A DNA stretch of 64,000 bases from Sphyrna mokarran (Eukaryota). The DNA lies in NCBI GenBank assembly GCA_024679065.1, contig JAGIQG010000029.1, forward strand, positions 19,158,001-19,222,000, written 5' to 3'. Positions 49,993 through 60,456 of the stretch are shown here, one piece after another. The notes under the pieces are model-generated. The model worked only from the letters and a program-made list of their open reading frames with translations. It ran no database searches and was not told where the DNA came from. Position 1 is the stretch's first letter. Every line of letters begins with the position of its first letter. The translations under genes were made by a program, and so were the position numbers.

Positions 49993-50159
49993 CTCAATGA
50001 GTCCTACAGGGAACTCAATCAGTGATTTCCCATGCAAATCATGGGGGTTATCACAGTAAGTAATTTACTTGTATATATTAATCATGTTGGACCACCAAGA
50101 ATAAGTCCTTTCTATCATTCTATCCTAATTTCCAACCAAATCTGAATTCTTGCAAGCCG

Positions 50160-50400
50160 TAATCATAGAATCATAGAATCCCTACAGTGCAGCAAGAGGC
50201 TATTTGGCCCATCCAGTCTGCACCGATCACAATTCCACCCAGGCCCTACCCCCATATTCCTACATATTTACCTGCTAATCCCTCTAACCTATGCATCTCA
50301 AGACACTAAGGAGCAACTTTAGCACAGACAATCAACCTAGCCTGCACATCTTTGGACTGTGGGAGGAAACCAGAACACCCAGAGGAAACTCACACAGACA
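50160..50400 (-). mobile_element. HE1-like V-SINE, CR1 tail (5'-truncated)
   Basis: aatcatagaatcatagaatccctacagtgcag tail and V core. Confidence 0.88.
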
Positions 50401-50764
50401 AGTAATATATTATAAAAATGCTAAAAACATACAAGAAAGATCAAAGCAATAAAAAGTCCCTGGCAATGAAAGCCGTCATTCTATTTGCCATTTCTCAATT
50501 GGTATAATATAATTTTACCTGCAAAATTCAGGAAGAAGATGGTTTTCCATGCCATAATCAACCCAACTGAGGTTTTGATCATGCTTTGGGCCGTCTGCAA
50601 TATGCTGGCCATGCCCTCACAGAACTAAATTAAGATCAGTGTGGTTTATGAGAGGTATCTATTGCCAATAAATCATGAAGGAGCTTCTTGAATGTTTCCC
50701 TTTGCTCTAATCTCTATGACTAACAAAGAATGTTGCAAGTGCACTTGTTCCTTTAATACAACTA

Positions 50765-50937
50765 AACAAACCTGCTGGATATCTAAAATCAAAAAAGAAA
50801 ATGCTGGAAAACTCAGCAAGTCTGACTGTAGCTCTGGAAAGATAAACAGAATTAACCTTCTAAGTCCATATGACTCTCCAGAAGAGCATTTTCTGTTTTT
50901 ATTTCAGATTTCCAGCATCTGCAATATTTTGCTTTTA
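50765..50937. mobile_element. short inverted-repeat element of a second PLE-like family
   Basis: tgctggatatctaaaatcaaaaaagaaaatgct pairs with agcattttctgtttttatttcagatttccagca; related fragment at about 26160-26250. Confidence 0.6.
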
Positions 50938-50974
50938 CCCCCACACCCTTCTAAATTAGGGTAGGGTTCTATGA

Positions 50975-51970
50975 ATCTATGATTCTCATCCTGTCCAAGT
51001 TTTTCTTAAATGTTAAAAGTGAGCCTGCATTTACCACTTCATCCGGCAGCTCATTCCTCACTCCCACCACTCTCTGTGTGAAAAACCTTTCCTTAATATT
51101 CCCTTTAAACTTTTCCCGCTTCACCCTTAAGCCCATGTCCTCTAGTTTTTTTCTCCCCTAGCCTTAGTGGAAAAAGCCTGCTTGCATTCACTCTATCTAT
51201 ACCTACCATAATTTTATACACCTGCATCAAATCTCCCCTCATTCTTCTATGCTCCAGGGAATAAAGTCCTAACCTATTCAACCTTTTTCTGTAACTCAGT
51301 TTCTCAAGTCCCGGCAACATCCTTGTAAACCTTCTCTGTACTCTTTCAACTTTATTAATATCCTTTCTGTAATTAGGTGACCAAAACTGCACATAATACT
51401 CTAAATTTGGCCTCATCAATGTTTTATACAACCTCATCATAACATTCCAACTTTTATACTCAATACTTTGATTTATAAAGGCCAATGTTCCAAAAGCACT
51501 CTTTACAACCCTATCTACCTGTGACACCACTTTTAGGGAATTATGTATCTGTATTCGCAAATACAGATTTGTATCTGTATTTGTATCTGTATCTGAACAG
51601 ATACAGATCTGTTCTACTACACTCTTCAGTGTCCGACCATTTACCATGTATGTTTTACATTGGTTTGTCCTTCCAAAGTGCAATATCTCACACTGGTCTG
51701 TATTAAACTCCATCTGCCATTTTTCAGCCCACTTTTCTAGCTGGTCTGAATCCCTCTGCAAGTTTGAAAACTTTCCTCACTGTCCACTATACCTCCAATC
51801 TTTGTATCATCAGCAAATTTGCTGATTCAATTTACCACATTATCATCCAGATCATTGATAATGATGACAAACAACAACGGACCCAGCACTAATCCCTGTA
51901 GCATGCCATTAGTCATAGGCCTCCACTCAGAAAAGCAATCCTCCATTACCACTCGCTGGCTTCTTCCACT
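50975..51970 (-). mobile_element. 5'-truncated CR1 LINE
   Basis: ORFs 51827-52042 ([24 protein letters not shown]) and 51105-51761 (WQMEFN, RPNLEY.VQFWSP, RGDL..VYKI). Confidence 0.92.
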
Positions 51971-52084
51971 AAGCTTAGGACTTATTCTTGGCTTGTTATT
52001 AATTCTGATTGTAGCTACTTTCAATACATGATCTGAATGCATATTTTAACTTCCTTACAAACAGTTTAATCCATGACACTGAGA

Positions 52085-52405
52085 AGGCCTTATGGCACAG
52101 GAGGTAGCATCTCTGCCCCTGATCAAAAGCTCCGGGTTCAAGTCCCATCTCAGGACTTGATGGACAAGCAAAATGCATTCGTAATGTGGTCAAACAGGTT
52201 GAGCGTCAAACTGTAAATCCTTCCAACATGCCACTGGTGGTAAGGATGGGAAAGACTCCTGGTCAGCCACGTTTTATGTGGAGTGATGCCCTCAAGCTAT
52301 TGGCCCCTGATGACAGACTAGTGACCTGAATTACTAGCTATGGAAAATAATAAAAGTCTGCTTTATTGCAGTACTACTTGTGGGAAGAGAATTGGAATTG
52401 GAACT
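52085..52405 (+). mobile_element. tRNA-derived SINE, single copy in the window
   Basis: A box tggcacaggagg and B box gggttcaagtccc, a unique body of about 230 bp, and an (ATTGGA)n-like tail. Confidence 0.6.
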
Positions 52406-53519
52406 CATGACCCTAATCTGGAGGTTAAACTCAATGGTTATAAAGCACGTGCCTCCACCACAAAATATTTCTGATAAGTTGGAAAGGCAGAGATTTTATT
52501 AAAAAAAAGGCTTATGTTCTAATTTACAAACCAATCATTTTGATTCCTGCATGCTAATAAATCAGTTCTTGATATCCTTGTGAGTTTTGACTTTGACATA
52601 AAACCACACCCACTTAACTAAAGAATCTAAATTAATTTTCGTAACAGCGTTCCTGATCTACAAACAGACTATAGTGAAAAATAGCTGTGCTATAACTCAG
52701 TTTTACAGTGTAAGGATCACCAGCTGCCTCATGCCTTATGTGAAGAGTGAACAGTGACTGATCTCCAATAAATTAAACTGATGAATTCTACAGAACCATA
52801 TCCAGACTGCATTTGAACAGAAAACAGACTATTTTACAAGTCCCCATCTAAGTTCTTAGCTTGCTGAGTAACATGTGCACATTACACATCATTGTGCTAA
52901 TTTAATAGGAATATGCAAAGTAATTTTAGCCCTTTCAGACTTGAAGTTTCATTTGGAAAGACTTCTGACATTTCGACTTGCTTCTCATAGGAAATTAAAA
53001 CATATACAGCTATATTTTAAGTAATTAAAATAAATCACATTAATGAGCAGATACATGGAGATGCAAAGTTTGTACTGATAACATAAGATAGCTTACAAAG
53101 AGAGATCTAGTGGGTGGAATTGGATTATAAAACATCCAATTTTGAGGAACTTTAAGGTATTAAATCTATTCCAACGTGACTAAATCTCTGATGTAAATGG
53201 AGTTACAGAACATGGTGAACTGACTGCTAAACACCATATGGTTTGTAATGCACCTGGCTTGATAATTATTGCAGCTCATAATGCAGTAATTAATAGTAAT
53301 TAAAATTTTACTTAATGAGTTTTAATATTTTGCCCTTTTTAGGGCTGGAATAATTTCATAGAAATATTGTTGACATTTTTGTCCTTAGGATTTGTGTTCA
53401 TTTGAAATTGGTTCAAGAAATGAAACAAGGCATCTTAAGGTATATGTGTTAGTGACAGAATCTGAGTCCACCCCAACCTGTTAGAAGTTAGCAGTATTTT
53501 GCAGGCTTCAGGATATCTA

Positions 53520-53670
53520 TCTCTCTTTGAAAGCTCTGACTGTGACACTATATTCTGCACTCTCTCTTTTCCTTTCCTAAGTACAGTATATTTTGTCTGT
53601 TTAACGCAAAGAAACAAAACTTTTCACGGTATACCAATACATGTGACAATAATAAGTAAAACAAAAAAAA
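53520..53670 (+). mobile_element. Rex1/Babar-like LINE 3' UTR
   Basis: acactatattctgcactctctc...aacttttcacggtataccaatacatgtgacaataataa, recognised from memory as a Rex1-type 3' end. Confidence 0.55.
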
Positions 53671-53689
53671 ACTATTAATAAACAATAAA

Positions 53690-54022
53690 GCAAGTATGCC
53701 TGGGTTTGCTAACTGTATTTAAAAGTGGATTTAAACTGTGCATGAATGGGGCTTATTTGGAACTGCAAAGTCATGAGCTGGAAAGTAAAGTTGTTTCCTT
53801 TCATTTTTAAATGTTGTTCAGCAGTTAATGGTTAAGCTGATTCATTTGTTAGAGTTAAATTTATACTATGTTATTAACTAAAACTTGTTTCACTATAAAA
53901 AATCCCTATTTTGTCAGTGAAATCATTCCTGGAAAGAAATATCCTATCCTCACAAAAGAGAACGTTGTTGGGGTTTAGTCCGACTTCCTAATATAAATTG
54001 GAGTTCTGGTCTGGGACCATAA
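53690..54022 (+). mobile_element. LTR-like fragment
   Basis: Homologous to 8660-8997. Confidence 0.55.
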
Positions 54023-55427
54023 TATGAGGAAAATGCTCCTACGGGGGGCAATTTTCCTATCTCACCCACTATGGGAATTGTGGCGGACAGAAGGCAGACC
54101 ATGCAAAGGTCCATTAACTTGGGCAGGATTTTCCGATTTTGGGGTAAACATGACTAAAAAATCCCACTAATTATTTCCATCCCATTGAGTAGCAAGACAA
54201 TGGGTCCTTTACTTTCAATTACCAATAAAGGATAAAGTTTATTCTGGGTGGTGTAGCGAGTTTGCCCTGATCTTTAACTCTCGGATCAAATCCATTCCCA
54301 AATGTTGTCCTACCACAGCCACACTACATCATATCTTAAGTGGCACTTAAAGGAATTAGTCGCACACTGTACTATGCTAAATATGCAGAATACCAACTTA
54401 TTTTGTAGGTTAAATTCTAAACAGCTCATTAAAAACACATGATTCATTTTGCGCTATAATTGCATTCAAAAATTATCCATTTGGAGCCATTTGCAATTTT
54501 GAGAATTTACAAAGAGCCAAAAATATCTCATCCAACAAATCAGATGGCATAGTGATTGTTTCATTTTACTGAACCATTGCTTGTTGTTTATTCAGTTAAT
54601 AATAAATTGCAATAAACAATATCATCAAATTTAAGTAAATTTGCATTTTTCACATTATCCATCCCACTGCTAAGTCCTATAGACAGATTTCTGTCAACAG
54701 TTAATTGTCAAAATAAAATTTTAATTTTTTTTATACGCAGAAGAATGCATTATAATGATGGAACACTGCAATACAAAATGACTGCAAGGATGACATATTG
54801 AAACTAATGAACTCTCTTAGGGGACACAATTCATGCAATTCCTTCTCTCATGAAATGAGGAGATGTGTGCAGAATTATTACAGGGCCCTTATGGCTGTAA
54901 GCAATAAACATAGGTGGAAGTTGGACATGCCTCCTAAAAGTCATTTTGTTATACATAAATCATTTTGATAACATGACTCCTTCTGCTTAAGAAACAAAAG
55001 CCAATCATTATTGCAGATTTAGTGATTCTTTTCTGCTAAATTGAGCAATCTAAGCGAAGGGGAAGCACGAAGATCAGCAAGATCAGGAGGGAAGATGAAG
55101 CAAATAAAGAGGCAGGCGGCTAAATACAATAGCCTCTGAAACTGAATGCAGGGGTTGTGAGGCGTGATTAATCCACTCCACTTGTACTGCAATGCAGGCA
55201 GTACAGCAACATCATGCTATCTGCCCTTTTAAATACAACATTCTATCAGTGCTAACCATGCTGCTGCTTAGCTGGACAGCTGACCAGGGTATCAATATTA
55301 TCAATAGCTAGCATCAGTTAAAGCTGGCCTGTATTGTTGAAAGCAAACCTAATTCTTTTAAAGGAGAGAGGGCATTGTGGATGGAGCAGTATTCCAGGTC
55401 CTTGGTAAGCTTGAATGTGACCAAGGG

Positions 55428-56290
55428 AATGTTGGCACAACATGGGAAAAAGTAGACTCCATGATTTTCAGTTGTTACACTGGAGGTCATGCAGAGGAGT
55501 GAGATATTCTGAATTGGCAGGAACTGGAAGACTCTTCAGAAATAGGATCAGATGGGTAGCACGGTGGCATAATGGCTACCACTGCTGCCTCACAGTACCA
55601 GGGACCCGGATTCAATTCTAGTCTTGGGTCACTGTGCGGAGTTTGCACTTTCTTCCCGTGGTTTCCTCCAGGTGCTCTGGTTTCCTCCCACAATCCAAAG
55701 ATGTGCGGATTAGGTTGATTGGCCTGCATTTAAGTTGATACTAGTGTTAGGGGGATTAGCAAGGTAAATGAAGGTTACGGGAATAGGGTCTGGATGGGAT
55801 TGTGGTCGGTACAGACTCGATGTTCCAAATGCTTCCTTCTATATTGTAGGGATTCTATGATTTTATGATTCAGATGGCAGTGGGAGCAGATAAACATGGA
55901 GGATAATGCTAGGAAATAAACCTTGAGGAAGGTGGATCATTTCCATAGTGGGTAAAGTCAATGAATGCATTTTCAGATACCATGTTATACCAACAGCACT
56001 AATCCCAACCCCCTACAAACCCATCGCTCACCTACCAACCTCTCAATCAGGACTTGTATCTGAATTTCATATGCTTCACCATATCTTCATTACCATTGCT
56101 GCAGGTCACAGTTACAGCTGACAGATATTCAACTATCACCACTGCATCACCCAAATAGATTGCATGACACTCATTGATACACTTCCCTTTCTTTTGCAGG
56201 ACAAGTTGATGACAACAGGAGGCAGCGGGAACTAATCAGAGGAGAATAGTGCACGTGCATATCCTGGACCCTATACAGTAGCTAATAATG
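55428..56290 (+). pseudogene. decayed two-exon Harbinger Myb/SANT gene, interrupted by a V-SINE
   Basis: MLAQHGKK*TP*FSVVTLEVM.QRSEIF...WEQINMEDNARK, gtaaag donor near 55952, then cttttgcag|GACAAG..NRRQREL.RG...HIL at 56200. Confidence 0.65.
55554..55870 (+). mobile_element. HE1-like V-SINE, CR1 tail
   Basis: Complete copy; TSD tcagatgg. Confidence 0.9.
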
Positions 56291-57139
56291 CCATTCCTAA
56301 GACATTCATTACTGAAGTTGTGAATAGCAACAAGAGTGAAACTATTGGAAATGAAGATATTCTTGTATGTAATCCTTCCTCTTGCATCGCACTTCTTTCT
56401 CATCACAGTTATAGATGGTGTTAGCATGCACTTCTTACTATCTCCCACCTTATGACACAATCTTACTTTCATGTCTTTCTCCTTTCAAACACAAGAGATA
56501 CAACTTGACAAGCTCTGAAGGAGCAGCAAGAAGATAGCAATGAAAAGAGAGCACAGTCTTTTAATATTAAGCTTGCAATGACCATCTCAATTGTTGTCTC
56601 AGTTGCTCTCTAGAGGCTAACTACACGTGTGATCTGCATATATGTGTTATGATGGCAACCGGGGGATGGGGAGAAGATGTCATCATTAGATCTCCCCATG
56701 AGACTCATTGAATATGAGCTCCCTGTTAGGTGAGAGGAGGCTTGCTCAATAGAGAAGGAGCAGCAGGGTCCACTCAAACCAACATGGATAGGCTTGGGAC
56801 CAATCTGCACTCTGTTACCATTGAAAAATAGTCAGGTAAATAAAAGAGTAATTGGGGACAGAACACTGGCCTCAGTTAGATTATTACAATGGGAGACTTA
56901 GCACAGCAGACCTGCATCCATGACAGGGAAAGGATAGCACATGTACCAGGTACTGAAGGCTAAGGTCACTAATGGGTTGCGCTGAAGGGGATTCAGTTGA
57001 GCACTTCAGTGAGCTGCCTAAAAGAGGCTGAAATGCTTTGGAAAGCCTGCAATCAATGCTTGGGAGCATGGAGGAGTCCTTGGCACAGATCTTTGCTTAA
57101 AGCCCATTCTTTGCAGTATTCTTTTTTTCCCTCGGCCTG

Positions 57140-58360
57140 AGCTATTTGCCATAGAGCTGGAGGCAATGGTTGTCTCCATGGTGGCATGGTTGTCCTACAT
57201 GCAACAGATCATGATGAAACTTGGCATCCAATCTTCGGGCTCCTCCAGTGTGACCCGGGGAGTGGAAGTGTTGCTTCCACATACTAGTGGTCTTTAGTAC
57301 GTTTTGAATGGCAGCATAGCTTTCATTGTATGCATGCTGCATGTATATACACACTGCAGTCATCACCTTTGAGACCGCGTCGGGTTCTCACCATTTAATT
57401 TGCTACAGTCATTCAAATTGGGCAGCATGGTGGCACAGTGGTTAGCACTGCTGCTTCACAATGCCAGGTTCGATTCTTGGCTTGGTCATTGTCCATGCGG
57501 AGTTTGTACGTTCTCCCCATGTCTGCGTGGGTTTCCTTAAAGTACTCAATTCCCTCCTACAGTCCAAAAGACGAGCTGGTTAGGTGCTAAATTCTCCCTC
57601 AGTGTACATGAACAGGTGCCAGAATGTGGCATCTAGGGGATTTTCACAGTAACTTCACTGCAGTGTTAACGTTAGCCTACTTATGACACTAATAAATAAA
57701 CTTTTAAATGCAGCCAGCACAATGACTGCCACAAAATGATAGCATTATCATAGTTGGCAGGGCGTCAACCTGTAAGGAATGGATTCTCTTTTGGTTACAA
57801 TATTGAGCAAAATTTACATGTGGCATTTACAAAACCAAACATGTGTATAACCAATGTCACATTGCAAAATGAGGAATCTTGCAATCCTAGTGAAGCTGCA
57901 CACTGAGTCCCTCTGCTTGTCTCTGAGAAGAGAAAATGCAATATAGTTGGCTCTCATAAATAGAGAGCATCGACATTGGACGGCAAACTACAAGATGTTG
58001 CAAATGTTTCTAAGCTATACCCTGGAGGGAATCAGATGGGTAAAATTTAATCACTACAGTACATTCATAGATACTAGTTCATACCTATGTCTGAGGTTTC
58101 AGTTACAGCAGATTTCAGATTTCAGTGAGGATGGCTTTACTGAAGTTTAGACAATGCTCACATTGTCTCTCACTACTGTTCAGATAAGAGAATTGATCCC
58201 TGAAGGACATAGCTGGAATGACCTCCTGCTGAGTGCCCTTCTATCCCTTGTTTCTCAACCTCTTCCAGCAGCTTGCCCTGCTCTGTGTTCATTCTCCAAA
58301 ACATGCTGCTTTCCAAGGATTGGCTGCTAATGCATCCATGACTGGAAGAAAATAGTTTGC
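57140..58360 (-). pseudogene. decayed PIF/Harbinger transposase, interrupted by a V-SINE
   Basis: ALSRR..FRDQFSYLNSSERQC..LNFSK.ILTEI, NICNI.*FAV, RDKQ...FTRIARF..LQCDIGYTHV and YNESYAAIQNV...WKQHF...GHTGGA. Confidence 0.8.
57420..57705 (+). mobile_element. V-SINE, alternative tail (complete)
   Basis: gggcagcatggtggcacagtggttagcac head; tail ggggattttcacagtaacttcactgcagtgttaacgttagcctacttatgacactaataaataaacttt. Confidence 0.9.
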
Positions 58361-58829
58361 GCATAAGTCTTGAAGTCAGCCAGAAACATCAGCCACACCA
58401 CATCCGTTGGCATCTTGAAACAAATATATAGAACACTAAGCACTTGAATGATCAAAGCAACTGCCAGAAGATTCAACTTGCAACAAATTTGAAAGTGCTT
58501 GATGATATTTGTAAATGATGTTGGTAAAGATTCTTCTTGATGCTGAACACATTTTTAGTTGAGCCAGGATAAGAGATGATCTTATGATAATTGGTTGAAA
58601 TATTGAGCTCCAAAATGACAGTACTGGTATTAACTAAATATCACACTCTGATTTATGTCATGAACTGCCTGCTTAATGTCTGGAAAATGTTCACTATGTA
58701 TGCGCCCACACCATCACCATATGACAACTGGCACAATTCACCCAAAGGTGTATGCACACATGCCATTTTGAACACCAAACTGGCAGTGCTAATGATCTAA
58801 CTTTCAAGTAATTTCTTCAGATTATGAAA

Positions 58830-59583
58830 AAAGTCCACCTTGCATGCTGCAAACCTGGATAATGTTCAAGCTTGGACTGAAGTGTGGTTGTTATATTGCT
58901 TGCCACTTCAAGTGCAAAGCAATGACCAACTCCAACACAATCTAACCATTTTGCCTCATCATTCCCATCACTAAAATCCCCATTTTCAACATGTTGGGGA
59001 TGACATTGACTAGAAACTTAACTAGACAAGCCATATTAATACTATGGCTACAACAGGTCAAGTGCTGGGTATACTGTAGCGAGTAAACCATTCCCCGAAT
59101 ATTCTCAAAAAGGTCAACAGCAACCAGGACAAAGCATTCTGCTTCATTGGTGTCCCATCCATCATCTTACTGTTTCCACATTCACTCCCTCCACAATCAG
59201 CACATTGTGAAAGCAGTGTGTGCGTTATACAAGATGCACAGCACCAACTCTCAAAGTCTCTATCAACAGCTCCTTCCAAACCTTCATTTTATATATCATT
59301 TTGAAGAACAAAATCAGAAGATGGGAGCATCACCACCTGCAAGAGTCCCTCCAAATTACACACTGTCCTGACTTGGAACCTCTATTGTTGCTGGGTCACA
59401 AACTTGGAAACAAACTTCCTCACAATATTGTGGGTGTTCCTACACCACATGGACTGCAGCAGTCCAAGAAGGAAGTTCCCCACCACTTTCTCAAAGGTGA
59501 TTAGTGATGAACAACAAATGCTGGCCTTGATAGGAACACTCAGATCTCATGAAAGAATAGAAGAAAATAATTACAAAAAAAAA
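58830..59583 (+). mobile_element. family-B LINE 3' portion
   Basis: LDNVQAWTEVW, NMLGMTLTRNL (NILGVTIDQKLNW-like) and the shared 3' tail. Confidence 0.75.
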
Positions 59584-59709
59584 TGATGTCACCAAGCTAG
59601 GATTTCAAAAACTTGAAAATGTGGAATATACTATCAAAGATTCATGAGCTACTGGGCCTTACAGCCTCTGCCTTTCAGACTTTAGAATCTTCCAGGATCA
59701 TTTTCTATG

Positions 59710-59908
59710 CTTATAATTTGTATGGTGCTGGATTTGCCCATTTGAATTTTGCAACCTGTCAGTTTGGAAAGGTTGACTCTGAGTGCTGCTCCCTCATCAT
59801 TAGATTTAGGAATTATTGATTAATGAAGAACAGTGCTGAGAACAGGCCTTTCTAAACTGTCAGGATTGCGAAATTCAAACAGGTGAACCCTATAGCATAC
59901 AAATTAAG
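59710..59908. repeat. diverged inverted repeat (about 90-bp arms), probable ancient MITE
   Basis: aatttgtatg...tttgaattttgcaacctgtcagtttggaaagg pairs with cctttctaaactgtcaggattgcgaaattcaaa...catacaaatt. Confidence 0.75.
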
Positions 59909-60174
59909 TTGATATACTTCTTTGATATTGCCTAAAACTCAATGCAGAGCAGATCAGCCAGAGCACATTGTAAGCAGAAAACACAGAGCCTTGGTTAAAG
60001 CTAGGATGGGGTACACTCAGAAAAGCTTATTGAGCAGATCACCTCACAGGGAGTATAAGGCCAAGAGTGCTTCATGAAAAATGTAGACCAGGGACAATGA
60101 AATTATATCTTATTTGTAAAAGCACAATGGGGAGAGGCCAGAGGACATAGAAGGAAAATGGGGAAACTCAGGAT

Positions 60175-60456
60175 GGGCAGCACAGTGACACAGTGGTTAG
60201 CACTACTGCCTCACAGCGCTAGGGAACCTGTAGAATGCCAGCTTGGATCACTGCCTGTGTGGAACTTGCACATTCTCCCATGTCTACATGGGTTTCCCCC
60301 AGGTGTTCTGGTTTCTTCCCACAGTTTGAAAGACATACTAATTAGATGTATTGGTCATGAGTGTGGCGACTAGGGGATTTTCACAGTAACTTCATTGCAG
60401 TGATAACGTAAGACTACTTATGATACTCATAAATAAACCAAGCTAAAACTAAACTA
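60175..60456 (+). mobile_element. V-SINE, alternative tail
   Basis: Head, V core and gtggcgactaggggattttcacagtaacttcattgcagtg tail. Confidence 0.88.
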
